DNA of 64,000 bases from Chrysomallon squamiferum (lineage: Eukaryota > Animalia > Mollusca), in the NCBI GenBank assembly GCA_012295275.1, contig CM022679.1, forward strand, positions 15,066,001 to 15,130,000, read 5' to 3'. The position numbers and the translations under genes were made by a program. The notes beneath the pieces are model-generated. The model had not been told where the DNA came from. It saw only the letters and a program-made list of their open reading frames with translations, and did no database searches. Below, piece by piece: positions 40,677 to 54,519 of the stretch. Numbering within the stretch: the first letter of the stretch is position 1; every line of letters starts with the position of its first letter.

Positions 40677-43600
40677 AAAATCACAAACCATGACATGATT
40701 TAGAGATAAATGTTTTTTCCATCCACAGATATCTGATGTTAATAAATATTATTTACAGCTGAATGCAGTAACTTCAGTAATTAAATATCTGATTGGGATC
40801 ATAGTTACAGCTGTGTTTCCATACAATGAGATAAATATTAGATGTTGTGCAGAAAAATACGCTTCATATTGCGTAGATACTTTATTTATATTAACATTTG
40901 TGAGATTAGTTTGTGTTACCTTCATTTATTTATTTACCTGTTTAATTTTATTATATTTAAAATTAATTTAATATAATTTTTATTTATTTATCCATCTTAA
41001 TCTTTTTTTACAATCAAAACATTATCTTTCACAAGCCAGTTAAATAAGGAAATAGTGCTGTGAATCTATAATGAACTTAATTTAGCAATACTACAGTTGT
41101 AATAATCACACACACACACACACATTATCATTATTATCATTATTTAAATAGTTTTTTCATGCATAAACATATTGTAGGGTTTTTTTTGTACATCTTAGGC
41201 AACTTTTTAATAAACAGGTGGGCTTTTTAAAAATATTTATTATTTTATATCATTAACCTTTTTCTTCTCACTTAGCTTTTTAATTCATCTTGTACAGGAA
41301 TTATTAAATAATTTTGGCAGCAATTATTCATGGCTATGATGCAGTGATGTTAAGGAATTTTCATTAACTACTATTTTGTATCATTTACTATCGATATTCT
41401 TCCCAAAGGGCAGGTTATTTGTTACAAACTGTAATTTCATTTTCTCTTCTGTTCAAACCAAGCCTCCAGCTAAATTACCAAACTTCATTTACTTTGCAAA
41501 ACTAAGCTGTTGATTTTATACGACATCAAATGACTCCAGAGGGTCTGTAAAGTACATGCCTGTGGCTTTGTGAATAGAAAACCAAGAACAATAAGGTTTT
41601 ATAATCCACATGGTAGACCTGGTATTTTGCGGTTCTTTCAGGGGAAGTGCAACACCAATTCTGTCTTACTTGCATAATGAATCTCTTTCTATGGAAATAT
41701 GAAAAGAATTCAGGATTTAAAAAAAATTGTGGTCACACAGAAGATAATTTTACAGAAAGAGCAAGATATTTTATTATTGTTATCAATGTTATTATTATTA
41801 TTGTTTTGATTATTATATTCTTATTATTGTTGTTTTTGTTATTATTATTATTATAATAGTAATAATTAATTACATAATTTGGCTATAATTTTCAAAAATT
41901 ATAATATAGAAAACTCAATCAATTAGCAATTAATAATTTGAGGAATACTGAAATAGTAGTATATTAAACAATCTTTGGATCCACAAAATATGCAATAATT
42001 TTGTTTTTTGGGGGATTTGAAGATTTAAACTACAGACAATTTATTCTAGATTAACTAAGGAAGAGCTAGTTAATTTTTCATCTTCAAAACTGCACCCACC
42101 AAAACGATCTCCTCCCCTTTTTAAAACAGGTCAGGATAATAACATTAAATATGCCATCTTTGAATAATATATAATTATAACTGCTTGAGGCACTGTGTCA
42201 CTCAGTAAAATAAATGTTTCACGCTGACAAAATAATCTTATTGTTCTTTTAAAATGCACACCAAAAACCATAGACATTTTTATTTATTTATTATGTTCTT
42301 AAAATCACGTTATAGAACTGTAATATCATGCATGTCTGTTTGTTTTTTTTATTCTTATTTTCTTACTAGTATTACTATTATTTTTTTTTTTTTTTTTTTG
42401 TTTGTTTAAAGATTTATTATCATGACAATATAAACCTCAAAAACATAAATCGATAGAATAATTTAAAAAAATGTTGTTTTGGGGGGGGTTGTATATTTTT
42501 TAATTACTGGGATGAAATAACCCTATTTATCTAAAACAAACACATTATAAACTGACAGTCATAAACATTTTGTTTTTTTTTTTTTTATTTATTTATTTAT
42601 TTATTCATTCATTCATTTATTTATTTATTTTATTGGACAGCTATATACATTTTTTATTTCAGTTATTTATTATTTATATAGTTAATCATTTATGTATTCG
42701 CTTATTTAAATGTAAAGGGTGTATTCATCTGTTACTATATAAAGAAAATAATTTTCATTTTATCCACTATTCCTCCCCCATCAGAAGAGCTGAATCTGCC
42801 CCTCTTCATCATATAAACTGGTTTAATGATTTATTTATTTTTGTATACATGTATGCAGTGCATAATCATACAATGTCATCATTGGCAAATTGCTGTTTTT
42901 ATTTTTGTTTTTATTTTCCTCATTTCTGTGACAGTAAAATATATTTTGAAACTGCAGCATGTTAGTAGTAACATATATTAGGCCTAGCAACACTGGTAGG
43001 CAGGATGAAAGAATTATTATTATTATGGGCACATCCATAATTTAAGAAAGGGGAGGTTATCACACTGTTGTTATCTTTCAAGAAGAATTGAGTTGGATCC
43101 TTAAAACATTCCCATACATATAAAAATAAATAAATAAATATTATAATAAGAAGAACAGCAACAACAACAAAAATAAATAAGTAAATAAAACAGAAGAGAA
43201 ACACTAATCATAAAACAAATTAAATATATGTAATTGAAAAAAAACAAAAAAAGATAATAATACTTTAAACTGTTTCATTATTCAAATACATGAATTTAGA
43301 CCTAAGAAAAAACAATAAAAAAAAAAGAAGAAGAAGAAGAAGAAAAAGAAAAAGAAAAAGAAGAAGAAGAAGAAAGAAAGAAAGAATAAGAACAAAAAGA
43401 AGATCAAAAAAGAAAAAAATAATAATAGATAATTGATTTGTGCATTATGGCTATTTAGCCCAAGGACCAGGAAGCTCAATATATCAGCCAATTCAGTAAA
43501 ACTTCCTTATCATCCATTGTAAGTTAGGTAACACAATTTATCATGCAGATTTCACACTTAAACGTCAGAATTAAGTAGACACCACTTTAAAACAGATTAG

Positions 43601-44002
43601 TGCAAATTAACATGGCTGTTTTCAAAGTACTCATGTCAAAGACACAGATCTAATCTTTAAATGAACATTCAAACCTGGGTGTGCATTTTCAAAGGATATT
43701 AAATGCACATTTTGGCAAATATGAGAAAACGGATATTGCTTTTCATATAAACTGGGACTGTTGTTACGAATACTGCACACTGCTGTTAACCCCCTGTGTA
43801 ATAAAAAATAATTACAGTTATGTAACAGTGAATCAGATCAGCAGCATTTTCAACTTATTTCACATATTGACTCAAGTATTTCTTTAAAGCAAATACCTTC
43901 TGTTTAATACTTCCATTCACTTTATTTGTAGTAGTGTTCAAAATTAGCTTACATGTAGCTGTAATGAGTTTGTTTCACTCTCATGTTTATAGCTAAGTGA
44001 CA

Positions 44003-44037
<35 letters not shown>

Positions 44038-44462
44038 TGTAAAACAATGAAAAGTAAATGGATGAATGATATTTGTGTTTCCCTTTGTATCTGTGAGAGT
44101 TATGTCTCTTTGTGTGGATCACATTTTCATGTCTGAGTCTGGTCCTGTCTACACAGGTGTCTGTGTGTGCCTCTCACTCTCTGAGTGTTTGAATGCACAT
44201 ATGTATGTATGGATGGATGGATGGATCGATGTATGTATGTATGCATGTATGTATCTATCTATGAACAGATATATGTATGCATATATTTGTGATTGTATTT
44301 ATATATGTATGTACATATATATTGATAAGTGTGTGTAAGTCTGTGTGTGTACATGATAAAACAAATCTATCTTACCTGACTGATAGGTTAATAAATAAAT
44401 AAAGAAAATTTTAAAAATAAAAAGTTAAAAAAACGAAATTCACCAAAATAAATGAATATCAA

Positions 44463-44507
<45 letters not shown>

Positions 44508-45039
44508 TAACAAAAAATAAAATATTGGCAACATTTATTTATATTTTTATAAAACACTTTTCAACAATTACTTTTCTTTTTATTGTTATTTTTTTTTTTG
44601 TTTTTTTTTTTTTTTTAATAAAATAAAAATGAAATGAAAAAAATATATATAGGCCTAAATGTATAATCCTGTTATGTAAATTTCTCATTATACACTTAAA
44701 AAAAAAAATTGTAAGCACACACAAAGACGGGTACACACTGCAGCTGTTTTTTTTCTTAATTGGTAAGTGCATACTGATACTTTATACATTGGTCTGCATA
44801 TGTGTGTGCGTGTGTGTTATGTACGTTCTACTCGTGTGTGTGTGTGTGTAATTTTTGTTATTATTATTTTTTTTTTTTTTTTTTTTTATTTGTCACTTTT
44901 ATTATTTCTTCTTCTTCTTTAATTTTTTTATTTTTTTATTTTTTCCGTTACGTTTATAGTGAACCCAAATGACACAAACATTGCCACTGGCTGGTAAATC
45001 ATTGACGCGTATCGGTTTTCCGGCCAAATTTACGACTTA

Positions 45040-45127
45040 GCCACGTGAGATAATTTTATCCAATCGAAATTCAACACGCTTGTTATCTCAGGCCTACATT
45101 CAGCCCGGAACTCACCGATGCCACGTT
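45040..45127 (+). promoter_or_regulatory. ER-stress (UPR) type promoter elements of the PDI gene
   Basis: CCAAT-cgaaattca-ACACG at 45060-45078 matches the ERSE consensus CCAAT-N9-CCACG with exact 9-nt spacing and one mismatch. GCCACGT cores (XBP1/ATF6/CREB3-type) lie at 45040-45046 and 45120-45126. All are within ~160 bp of the ATG. Confidence 0.65.
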
Positions 45128-45201
45128 GAAAAGGTCTTTTCATTTAATCCTGAACCGGTGTGGACAAGAAGTTAGATCTCTCTCACAAGTTGGGTTTCAT
45201 C

Positions 45202-48200
45202 ATGAAAGCTGTGTTTGTTTTATGTCTTGGGCTTTTGTCCCTCTGTTTAGCTGATGAAATTAAAGAGGAAGATGGAGTACTAATTCTAACAGAATCAAAC
45301 TTTGAAACTGCAACGAAAGATAACAAATTTATACTTGTTGAATTTTGTAAGTATGTGTGGTCGAGGTATTTTGTAATTGTATTACAAGTTTTTATGTTAG
45401 AAGCAACAAGTGCACCAGTTATTTACAGTTTACTGTGATTTTAATTACCAACGTCGAGAAGTGTATAAATTATTATAATGCATATTGTTGTAATGGTAAT
45501 ACATAAGGCTTGCTCGAGCGAAAAGATGTAAGATTTACTTTAGACATCGTCTTTAAGAAATACAAGTTTCGCATATATAATATAGTCTTTTGTACACAGT
45601 ACAGGTGTCCATGTTTTTAAAATGTGCACATTGTATTGAGATGATATATCACAATTACTAGTAATACAAAATACGTATTATATATATATATGTTACTATG
45701 TATATATTTCTCGTTTCGTTTGTGTCTGTTCTTATAAGTTGACCAACTTCTTCAGCCATATGGTACAGGTATCTTTATAGACGTTCAGTACATATGTGTA
45801 TTGTAAATTTATTTCACTATGTAGAAATTGTTACTGACAGTTGACATGCTATATGTTTGTCAGCTACTGATTTTAAAAAGAATAACGTAGTTCATTTTAC
45901 ATAGTAAAATCAAAGCAAGAAATGATGTCTCATCAACTAATGTAAATTCAGGGTTGTATTCAATTGAGTGTATATAAATATTTTAGTATTATGTCTGTGA
46001 TGCTTGACTGCACACCAAGTTATGTGTAACATGGACTTGGTATCTGGTACATAGATTAGTCCAATTTTTCCAATCTGACCTAATTTAGAACCAGACTAAT
46101 TGTAGATAACTTTGTTAAAATGAATTAATACAGGCAGAATCTTGAATATTAGTTTTCTGTTTTGCATCTAAGAATTTTAATTTTTAAGTATTTATTTTGA
46201 TGGATAGTGAACCTGATTTGAAAATTGCATATATTATCACAGACTAAATATAGTTATCTCAAATTAATAAAAATACAATTGGCAACTGTTTATTAAAAAC
46301 CTAATTAAATGGTAAACATGTTTTTGCTAGCAACTATTTTGTGTTCGTTTGTAACTAATTCAGAAATTTGTTAATTTATCATTTAAATTTTACTGTTTAT
46401 ACAGATTTTTATGTATGTCATGTAACAAATCTATATAATATACTGTGTAATTTTGGTAGATGCTCCATGGTGTGGCCACTGTAAAGCACTGGCTCCTGAA
46501 TATGCAAAAGCAGCCAAGACACTGAAGGACGAAGAATCTGAAATCAAACTTGCTAAAGTTGATGCAACTATTGAGTCAAAACTTGCAGAAAAACATGGCG
46601 TCCGAGGTTATCCCACAATTAAATTTTTCAAGGAAGGCAAAGCGATCGATTTCCAAGGTTTGTAATATATTTTTATAGCTTTATTATTATTAATTTTGTT
46701 TTCTTTTTATCATTGTTAAAACACTGTCTATGCTTTGCTGCTATGTAAATTGTTTTAATAAATAAATATATATATATATATATATTTGTTTGTACTGCCG
46801 AATCTTTTTCATGTTATACTTCTATTTTATATGTTTAATAAATAGCTGTCACATAACTTACTGGAGAAAATAGGACCTTTATCACAGTTCTAATTTTGAA
46901 ATTAGTATTGCCAGACATTTGTCAAAGAATAAACAAAAATTAAGGGCTGTTTTTAATGTGATGTGAGTTAATGCTAGTTGTGTGTTATGTGAACAGTACA
47001 CAGGTTAATTTTTAAGAAAGATGCACTTTATTTTTACTTGACACATTATTTGATTTTACTGTTGGTCATCTGCAGGTGGACGGCAAGCTGCTGAAATTAT
47101 CTCTTGGTTGAAAAAGAAGACTGGACCTCCAGCAAAGACCCTGGAATCGGTTGCCGATGCTAAGAAATTTGCCTCATCTGACGAAGTTGTCATTTTCGGT
47201 TTCTTCAAGGTTAGTAAAATCAGATTTCAAGTTGGTAGCAGTTAACTTCGTCATTCACCAAAGAAAAATATGCTAATTATTTGCTTTTTAATATGGATCA
47301 TCTTTATTTACACAATACGAGAATAAATATACACACTGAACAAAAACCCTGACTGAAAAGAACTAGCTTCTGAAAGTAAATGAATATTTTACCTGTTACT
47401 CTTTATCTCACCTCAGTGACAAGTGTGTTTGGGAGTGGTGATAACGGATCTGAAGACACACATGTTTAAATATATACTCTGGGAACATGGCTAAGAGGCT
47501 TACAGTCATTTGACACATGTTGATAACCTTGGTTCAAATATCCATTGGTAGTTTATACAACATAAAATGTATATTTGATCACAGGAAATGGCACTGGATC
47601 TTAAAATATCAATTTCATAACTGTTCAGAAATACATTTGTTGGTAAACAAATTTCCTAAATGATTTTTCTCACAAATGGTTGTGGATGTGTGTGTGTGTG
47701 TGTTTTTTTTTTTTTTAACATTTCATATGTATTATTTCAGAGTTAATTTATCAGTCATACATTATATTATCAGATTAACAGAAATGGATGATTTTTTCCT
47801 TGATATAATGGTTCTTGTATGGTTTTATTTTCTCAAGCCTGCATTAACTGATCATAAATTAGTCAGCCCAGGAGCAGAAAATAAGTCATTGTAACTCAAA
47901 TACATATGGGTTGTAAAATTTCACACTCCTTCCAACCATAAACATGTCACATATTTTATGCACTTGTAACATGAATATGTCAAAGCGTCACTGCTGGTTT
48001 CATTTGGTGAAAAATTATACAGGGTACTTTGAAGTTTTATAATTTCAATACTTTCTTCTCTTAATTTCAATGTCAATGCTTTTGTCTGTAAATTATTGCA
48101 GCAATTGTTTCTATTTGATTCATTTTGATTAACTTCTCTCTCTGTCTCAGGATTTGGAGTCTGATGCTGCCAAGGTGTTCTTGGAAGTTGCTGCTAGTAC

Positions 48201-51200
48201 TGATGATCTTCCTTTTGCAGTCACCAAACATGACAAAGTCTTTGAAGAATACAAAGTTGACAGAGATTCCATTGTTCTCCTTAAATCGGTAAAGTATTGA
48301 GTACAGATCAGTTAACTGTTATCAGAACTCTAAATGATCTACATTCCGTAAAACTTGTAATGTTGATGTTTTAAATATCCACAGTATTATTATATATACA
48401 CACATGTATTAGTCAAAATACTACTACTTTAAGGATGTGTCAGTCTGTAATGTCAAGATTAATTTGTTTCCTGTTCATACAGTTGTTAGTCAAATTATTA
48501 TTTTTCTTTTCTTTTTATTATATAAAGACATAAATAAGAAATTCCCACTAAAGCTAACTTCACTTATAATTATTTGACAAAGAAGCACATACCACAACAT
48601 TTATTAGATAAACCTGATGTGGACTGAGAAACCCAGATCTTCTTAATTAAATTTTGAAAACTGGTTCCTAAAATTCTGTACTACTGAATAATTTGGTACT
48701 AGCAACAAATTTAAATTATTAATATTAATGGAATTGGATTCAAATTTAGGTAAAAATAATTGTATTGAAATCCTCATCAGATATTTCTAAATAGACTTTT
48801 ATTTATTTTAAATTAATATTCTGTATTCAGCAGAAAGTTATCAGAATACATTTTTAGGCCTTAATATATTATAGAATGCTGTTTTACGTTACATCTTTAA
48901 AGGAGAAAATATTATCACGTGCATTCCAACTTGTTTGTCACCAGTTATTACAGAGATGTTTATAATTTCAGTTTGATGAGGGAAGGAACAATTTTGAAGG
49001 TGAAATCAAAGCTGATGCTATTAAGACATTCATCTCAGGAAACCGACTTCCCCTTGTTGTTGAGTTCACTCAGGAGGTATTCATCTTTATAATTATTTTT
49101 ACAGCTGACATTCAAAATGTCACTATATGTTCTTAAAGGCTCCTTTGATATGAACCTCTAGACAAATTATTTAAACTTTATATTTAAATAAGCTAAGATG
49201 AACCTTTGAGATATTGTGGATATTACTTTTTAACTTCAGGCAGGAAACTATTTCTTCAACTGTGAATGTTTAATTACAGATAAATTAAGATGAAGAGTTT
49301 GTTTATTTACACTGAAGTGACTTTTGTTCACTTTTGCTTCATGAGAGATATTCTTATGGATAGATTTAAAATTTTGATAAATACTATTTTGTTAAAATAG
49401 CTGAAGCCTTATTTAAAATGAAAATAAGTTCCTAATCTGTAAATAAATGTTTGTTTCTTGGAAACGAAAAATGTTGGAGTATTACTTTTGATTTATTTTT
49501 CTCTCCTAAGATACATTTTACAATTTTATTTTCATTAGCTTAGCAAATTGTTTTTATTTTTATTGTTATTAATAGTTTTTTTAAAATCACTTTATTATGA
49601 CCACCTGTTTTTCCTATTCCAGTCAGCTCAGAAGATCTTCGGAGGTGACCTGAAGAATCACATTCTGCTGTTTATGGAGAAGTCTGATGAGAAATATGAA
49701 GACACTGTCAAACAGTTCAAGGAAGCTGCCAGCGACTTTAAGGGCAAAGTACGGTCATGCCATGTATTGAATATAAAACAAAATAACCAAATAAACGAGT
49801 ATGTATTGTTAGAGCATCAACACCAAGCATGATTGATCTGAGCACGCTTTTAAAATCAACTGAATATAAAGGAAAAAAAAATACTTTTCATAAAATTACC
49901 AAGATGCTGTTAAGGAAATTATTATTTTTATGATTTTGGTATTGTTGGCTGTTTTCATGATGTGTCATTCCATTATGAAGACCTGATCATGCTGCACAAA
50001 TTTGAGGGGTTTTTTTTTCTCCACATAAAATTTATTTCAGTTTTGCTGAATATATTTTCATTAAATTTTGATTGCATGTCCAGGTGTGTTAGATTCGATT
50101 GTGTGGATGCAATTTTTATAATTATTTATAATCCTTCTTTTTTAAATTTCATTATTAATATTTAGTATAATTTTTTTTAAATTTTTTATTTTTTAAATTA
50201 TTATTTTTATTTATATATTTTTTTATATTCATTTCTTATATCCTGTATGCTTTAGCAGTAAAATTGCTTTGTGGGATAGTCTGCATTAATTAGTGTTTGG
50301 GAGGGTGAGGAGGAGATGAATTTTTGCTTCTTTTGTTTTCTGATTAGAAAGTTACCACTAGTTGTTTGCATTATACATAGATTTTCTGGGTTACAAACAA
50401 GTAAAATTAGTTTTATGCATTATTTGATTTATTCTAATTTATCAACAAGTTTTTGTAAATCTTTTGAACTTTTACGTGATCTCCATAATCAATTTTATAT
50501 TTTAATTTGAGATAACATAAGGAATAAGAATAAAATAGTATTGTGTAATGTGAACCTTTAGCTCCTGCACTTTATGTATATTAATTTCAGTAGTATAATT
50601 TTAGATACACTGGTCTTCTCTACTAGATTAGAAGTGCTTTTGCTAAATTCATTAATATGATCTTGATTAGGCAAAATTAGTCATTTCTACTTCATTTATG
50701 GTTACTTTTACAGTTGCATAATACTTCTTACCGTCCTTCACTTTAGTAACTTAGTTTGCATGGACCTAGATAGGCAATTAGTTAATATGCAAATTTGTGA
50801 TGAAGGCATAGTTGAATTGAAGGCATCATCAGTTTTTTTGCTGCTTTTTTTTATATCTTTAATTCTTAGCTTGTAGTGGATGGTACTCGAGTATTTGAAA
50901 ATGATTTAAAGGAAGGCTAATTAATTGCATAATCAACTTTAGTTCAAGTGTTAATATTTTCGCACTGTTCACTTTCAGGTTCTGTTTATTACCATTGACA
51001 CGGCTGAGGATGATAATGCCAGAATTTTGGAATTCTTTGGCCTGAAGAAGGAAGAGACCCCAGCAGTGAGACTCATTTCATTGGCTGAAGACATGACCAA
51101 ATTCAAACCACCCACAGACAGCATAGATACGTCTTCTCTGAAATCTTTTGTACAAGATTTCTTGGATGGCAAAATCAAGGTATTATTTCTTAGCAACTAC

Positions 51201-54200
51201 AGTAGTCTTCAGATTTCAAAAATATCCATTTACAGTTAAATGTTGGTTCTGTGTTTCTTTGTAAAATTGATGCAAGTACTATTATTATTATTTTTTTATC
51301 TTTTTTTATTAAATTAAAAAACATGTCAAGAAAATTGTATAACACGGAAATATTTTATAGTTCGTTTAATATGAAACTTGTTCAGAATTATACATTGTTT
51401 TTGTTTGTTTTATTAAATTAAAAAAATATATCAAGAAAATTCACTAACATGGAAGTAGTTTGATACAAGAACCGTATAAAATTATTTTTAATAATATTTC
51501 ATTTTTTAATTATTTTTAAAGACAAATGTACTAGAAGAGTTTTTTTACATTTTATTTTCTACATTAGAATAAAATAGTTGGCAGCATTTTTTAAAAAGAG
51601 ATTTATTTCATTGACAGCCCCATCTGATGACTGAAGATATACCAGAAGATTGGGATTCCAAACCAGTCAAAATTCTAGTAGGAAAAAATTTTGCTGACGT
51701 TGCCATGAATAAGGATAAAAATGTTTTGGTTGAATTTTGTGAGTGTAATTTTATATAAAACTTGTTCATAGTGATTTATTTAACTCTAGTTTATTCTTTC
51801 TGAGAAATATATTCTACCACAGAAAATACTGATATAAACTAAATCAAACCTTTAAGTGTCTGCTTTTGTCTAAATATACAGAACATTATTTAATGTGGAG
51901 TATAAAACATTTTATAAAGGATTTGATGATGCATTCAAATAATTAACAAGACTCTTTATATGTTCATTGTATCAAATGGATCATAAGAATAATTCTTGAA
52001 AATATAAAAATAATACATTAATTTATTTTAAATAATTTCAGATATTGTAAAATTATGATTTTTAATATTGTATATTTATATATTTTTTGTCTTTGTAATT
52101 AATCCAGTTTTCAAAAAACAGTTTTACGGAAGCTTTTTGCTAATAAATTGTAATAATTACAGTGATCTATCACAAATTAAATGAGTTTATTTTACCATAA
52201 AAATATGGTAATCTTTATCTTAGTCATCAGAATTATAACTAGTATCTATTTTTAGTTATCCAGTTACTAATTACTCCATTTTATATGGTCAGCTTATTTT
52301 GTATTAGAACCAGTTACTTTTTTTCTCTTTACAAAATAAATATTAGTTTACAATTAAACTCAGCTGCCTAAAATTAAAATGTATAATGAATGTTTAAGTC
52401 AAATGTTGGGACTTGGGGTATATTTATAGTTCAATGTTTCTGTTGGTAATGGTAGTATATTTATAGCATTTGCAGTCAAAATAGTTTACAGTTAAATCCA
52501 ATTGTCTGATTTTGAAATTTATAAAGATTTTAAAGACACAGAAACAATTTGAATGTTTCTTAGAACACATTTTAAAAAAAAAAAATTCAAGTTTTAATTT
52601 AGAATTAACTGCCTAAAATTGAAATTTGAGTTTAGCTGCACCCAAATAAGTCAAATGTTCCATGGAGTTCATTTATAACCATATTAATTTAAAATTGAAA
52701 TTAACAGCTGAGTTTAATCACAAACAAGCAAGTCAGATATTCTTTGGAATACATTTATAACATTATTAATTTGTGTTAGATTAGAGTTAATTCATACTGG
52801 CCTAAAATAGAAGTTTATAACGAGTTTGTTTAACCACATAAAAAAAGTTGAATGTGGTACATGGTGTTTGCAGTTTACAGTTAATCAGTGTTTGATGTGT
52901 GACTCTGTTTTCACAGATGCTCCATGGTGTGGACACTGCAAACAACTTGCTCCAATCTGGGACGAGCTTGGTGAGAAATACAAGGACCACAAGGACATTG
53001 TCATTGCCAAGATGGATTCCACTGCCAACGAGGTAGAGGGTGTTAAAGTACAGAGCTTCCCCACAATAAAATACTTCCCTGCCAACAGTGAAGAGGTAAA
53101 TATTTTAATTTCATGTGTTCTTTGAGTAACAAAGTAAAAACATAATAATAAAACAAATTAAAAATTTAAATTATTATGTTTATTAATATTATTAATAGTA
53201 TTTTTATTAAACTTTTTTTTTTCTTTTCTTATTTAATAGTAACAATTTTAAAATTAATATACAAATCTTCCTATTTTTCCATTTAGTCACATGACAGTTA
53301 AACCCAGTGAAGGTTTGATTATTAAATAGATACATGACAAAGCACCAAATATGATCTATTAACTTGATAAATAATATCCTTAGAAATGCTTAGGCAGAAT
53401 TCAGAAAAACTTGAGAACTAAGTGACAAATTTTTAAAATACGTTTGAATTTACTGAGTATGTAATTTCTTGCAGGTTATAGATTACAATGGTGAGAGAAC
53501 ACTGGCAGGTTTCACTAAATTTTTGGAAAGTGGTGGCAAAGAGGGTGCAGGCCCAAGTGAAGAGGTATGTATTTCATTATGGCTGTGACTGGTTAGAATA
53601 AAAGACAGATAGTGATAAAACAGTATTAGAGAGATCTTGTACAGTAACAGCCAGCATCAAAAATGTCCCAACACCCTCAAAATGGCCCCTATTCTGAAAC
53701 ATTTTGTTACTATATAATGTGTCACAAGTAGTAATAAATTAACAGTAATTTGTGTATAAAGCATTTTAGTTCACAATTAACATTTTTTATTTTGGGCTCC
53801 TTTAACACATATAAAATGCACATTTGGGAAAAGTTAAAAATTTACAGAATACTAATCTAAACGATTGTACCTCATACTTCTAAATAATTATTTTTAGATT
53901 TTGGGGGTATCTCAAATGGATAAAATACATTTGGGAACAAGTTATAAATTGCTGAATAATTGGTCTAAACAACTGTACTTCATAATTAAAAAATAAAACA
54001 ATTGTTTTTGGGAGTTACATTAAAACTGGATAAAAAAACACAAATATTGTGGAACAAATTGTATTACAAAATACTAAATTCTACTACACACTTAAAAATG
54101 ATAGTTTTTGTATTTTGTACCTTGCACATAAACACATATTAAACACATCTGAAAAGAAGTTACAGTTAATATTTTATTACGAATTTGCTTGTTATATGTC

Positions 54201-54422
54201 AAAAGAGGTGTTCATATGATAAAATAAAAAACAGTGATGACACTACTTTATTTATTATTTATACAGTCATGTCCAGTGCACATATGTGTAATATGTTCAA
54301 ATATTGATTTTGCTTTTTAAATTAAAACAAAACATTTGTTTCCCCAGGAGGCTGAGGAGGAAGAGGAGGGTGGAGACGAGGAGGAAGAAGGTGAAGACAA
54401 ACACGACCCTGGCGAGTTGTAA
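45202..54422 (+). CDS. P4HB: Protein disulfide isomerase (PDIA1 / prolyl 4-hydroxylase beta subunit), 11 exons, 503 aa
   Basis: join(45202-45346,46460-46657,47076-47209,48151-48288,48972-49076,49623-49748,50979-51179,51618-51738,52917-53095,53475-53564,54348-54422) = 1512 nt, all GT-AG and in frame. Signal peptide [17 protein letters not shown]; two YAPWCGHCK active sites; a-b-b'-a' layout with [28 protein letters not shown] and [13 protein letters not shown] motifs; acidic tail ending KHDPGEL*. Confidence 0.97.
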
Positions 54423-54484
54423 AGTAAAAGCAAACAAGCGCAACAACTACATGATAGTCTCGACTTCTGTTTTCTGACATAATA

Positions 54485-54519
<35 letters not shown>

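Noticed and set aside
40201-40703. Overlapping 100-150 aa ORFs here, and similar ones at 2216, 9153, 9887, 12170, 39170 and 63492
   Set aside because: They are translations of dinucleotide or trinucleotide microsatellites that lack stop codons; no splice or homology support.
47480-47545. tRNA-like A/B box remnant (GGTTCAAAT) in PDI intron 3
   Set aside because: No cloverleaf; at most a very decayed SINE head.
47587-47599. AATGGCACTGGA resembling the 5' end of miR-183/263 family microRNAs
   Set aside because: Only ~12 nt match and no precursor hairpin is evident.
10891-54422. Functional coupling between the stereocilin-like cluster and the neighbouring PDI gene
   Set aside because: Adjacency alone is not evidence in an animal genome; the genes are 14 kb apart with separate promoters.
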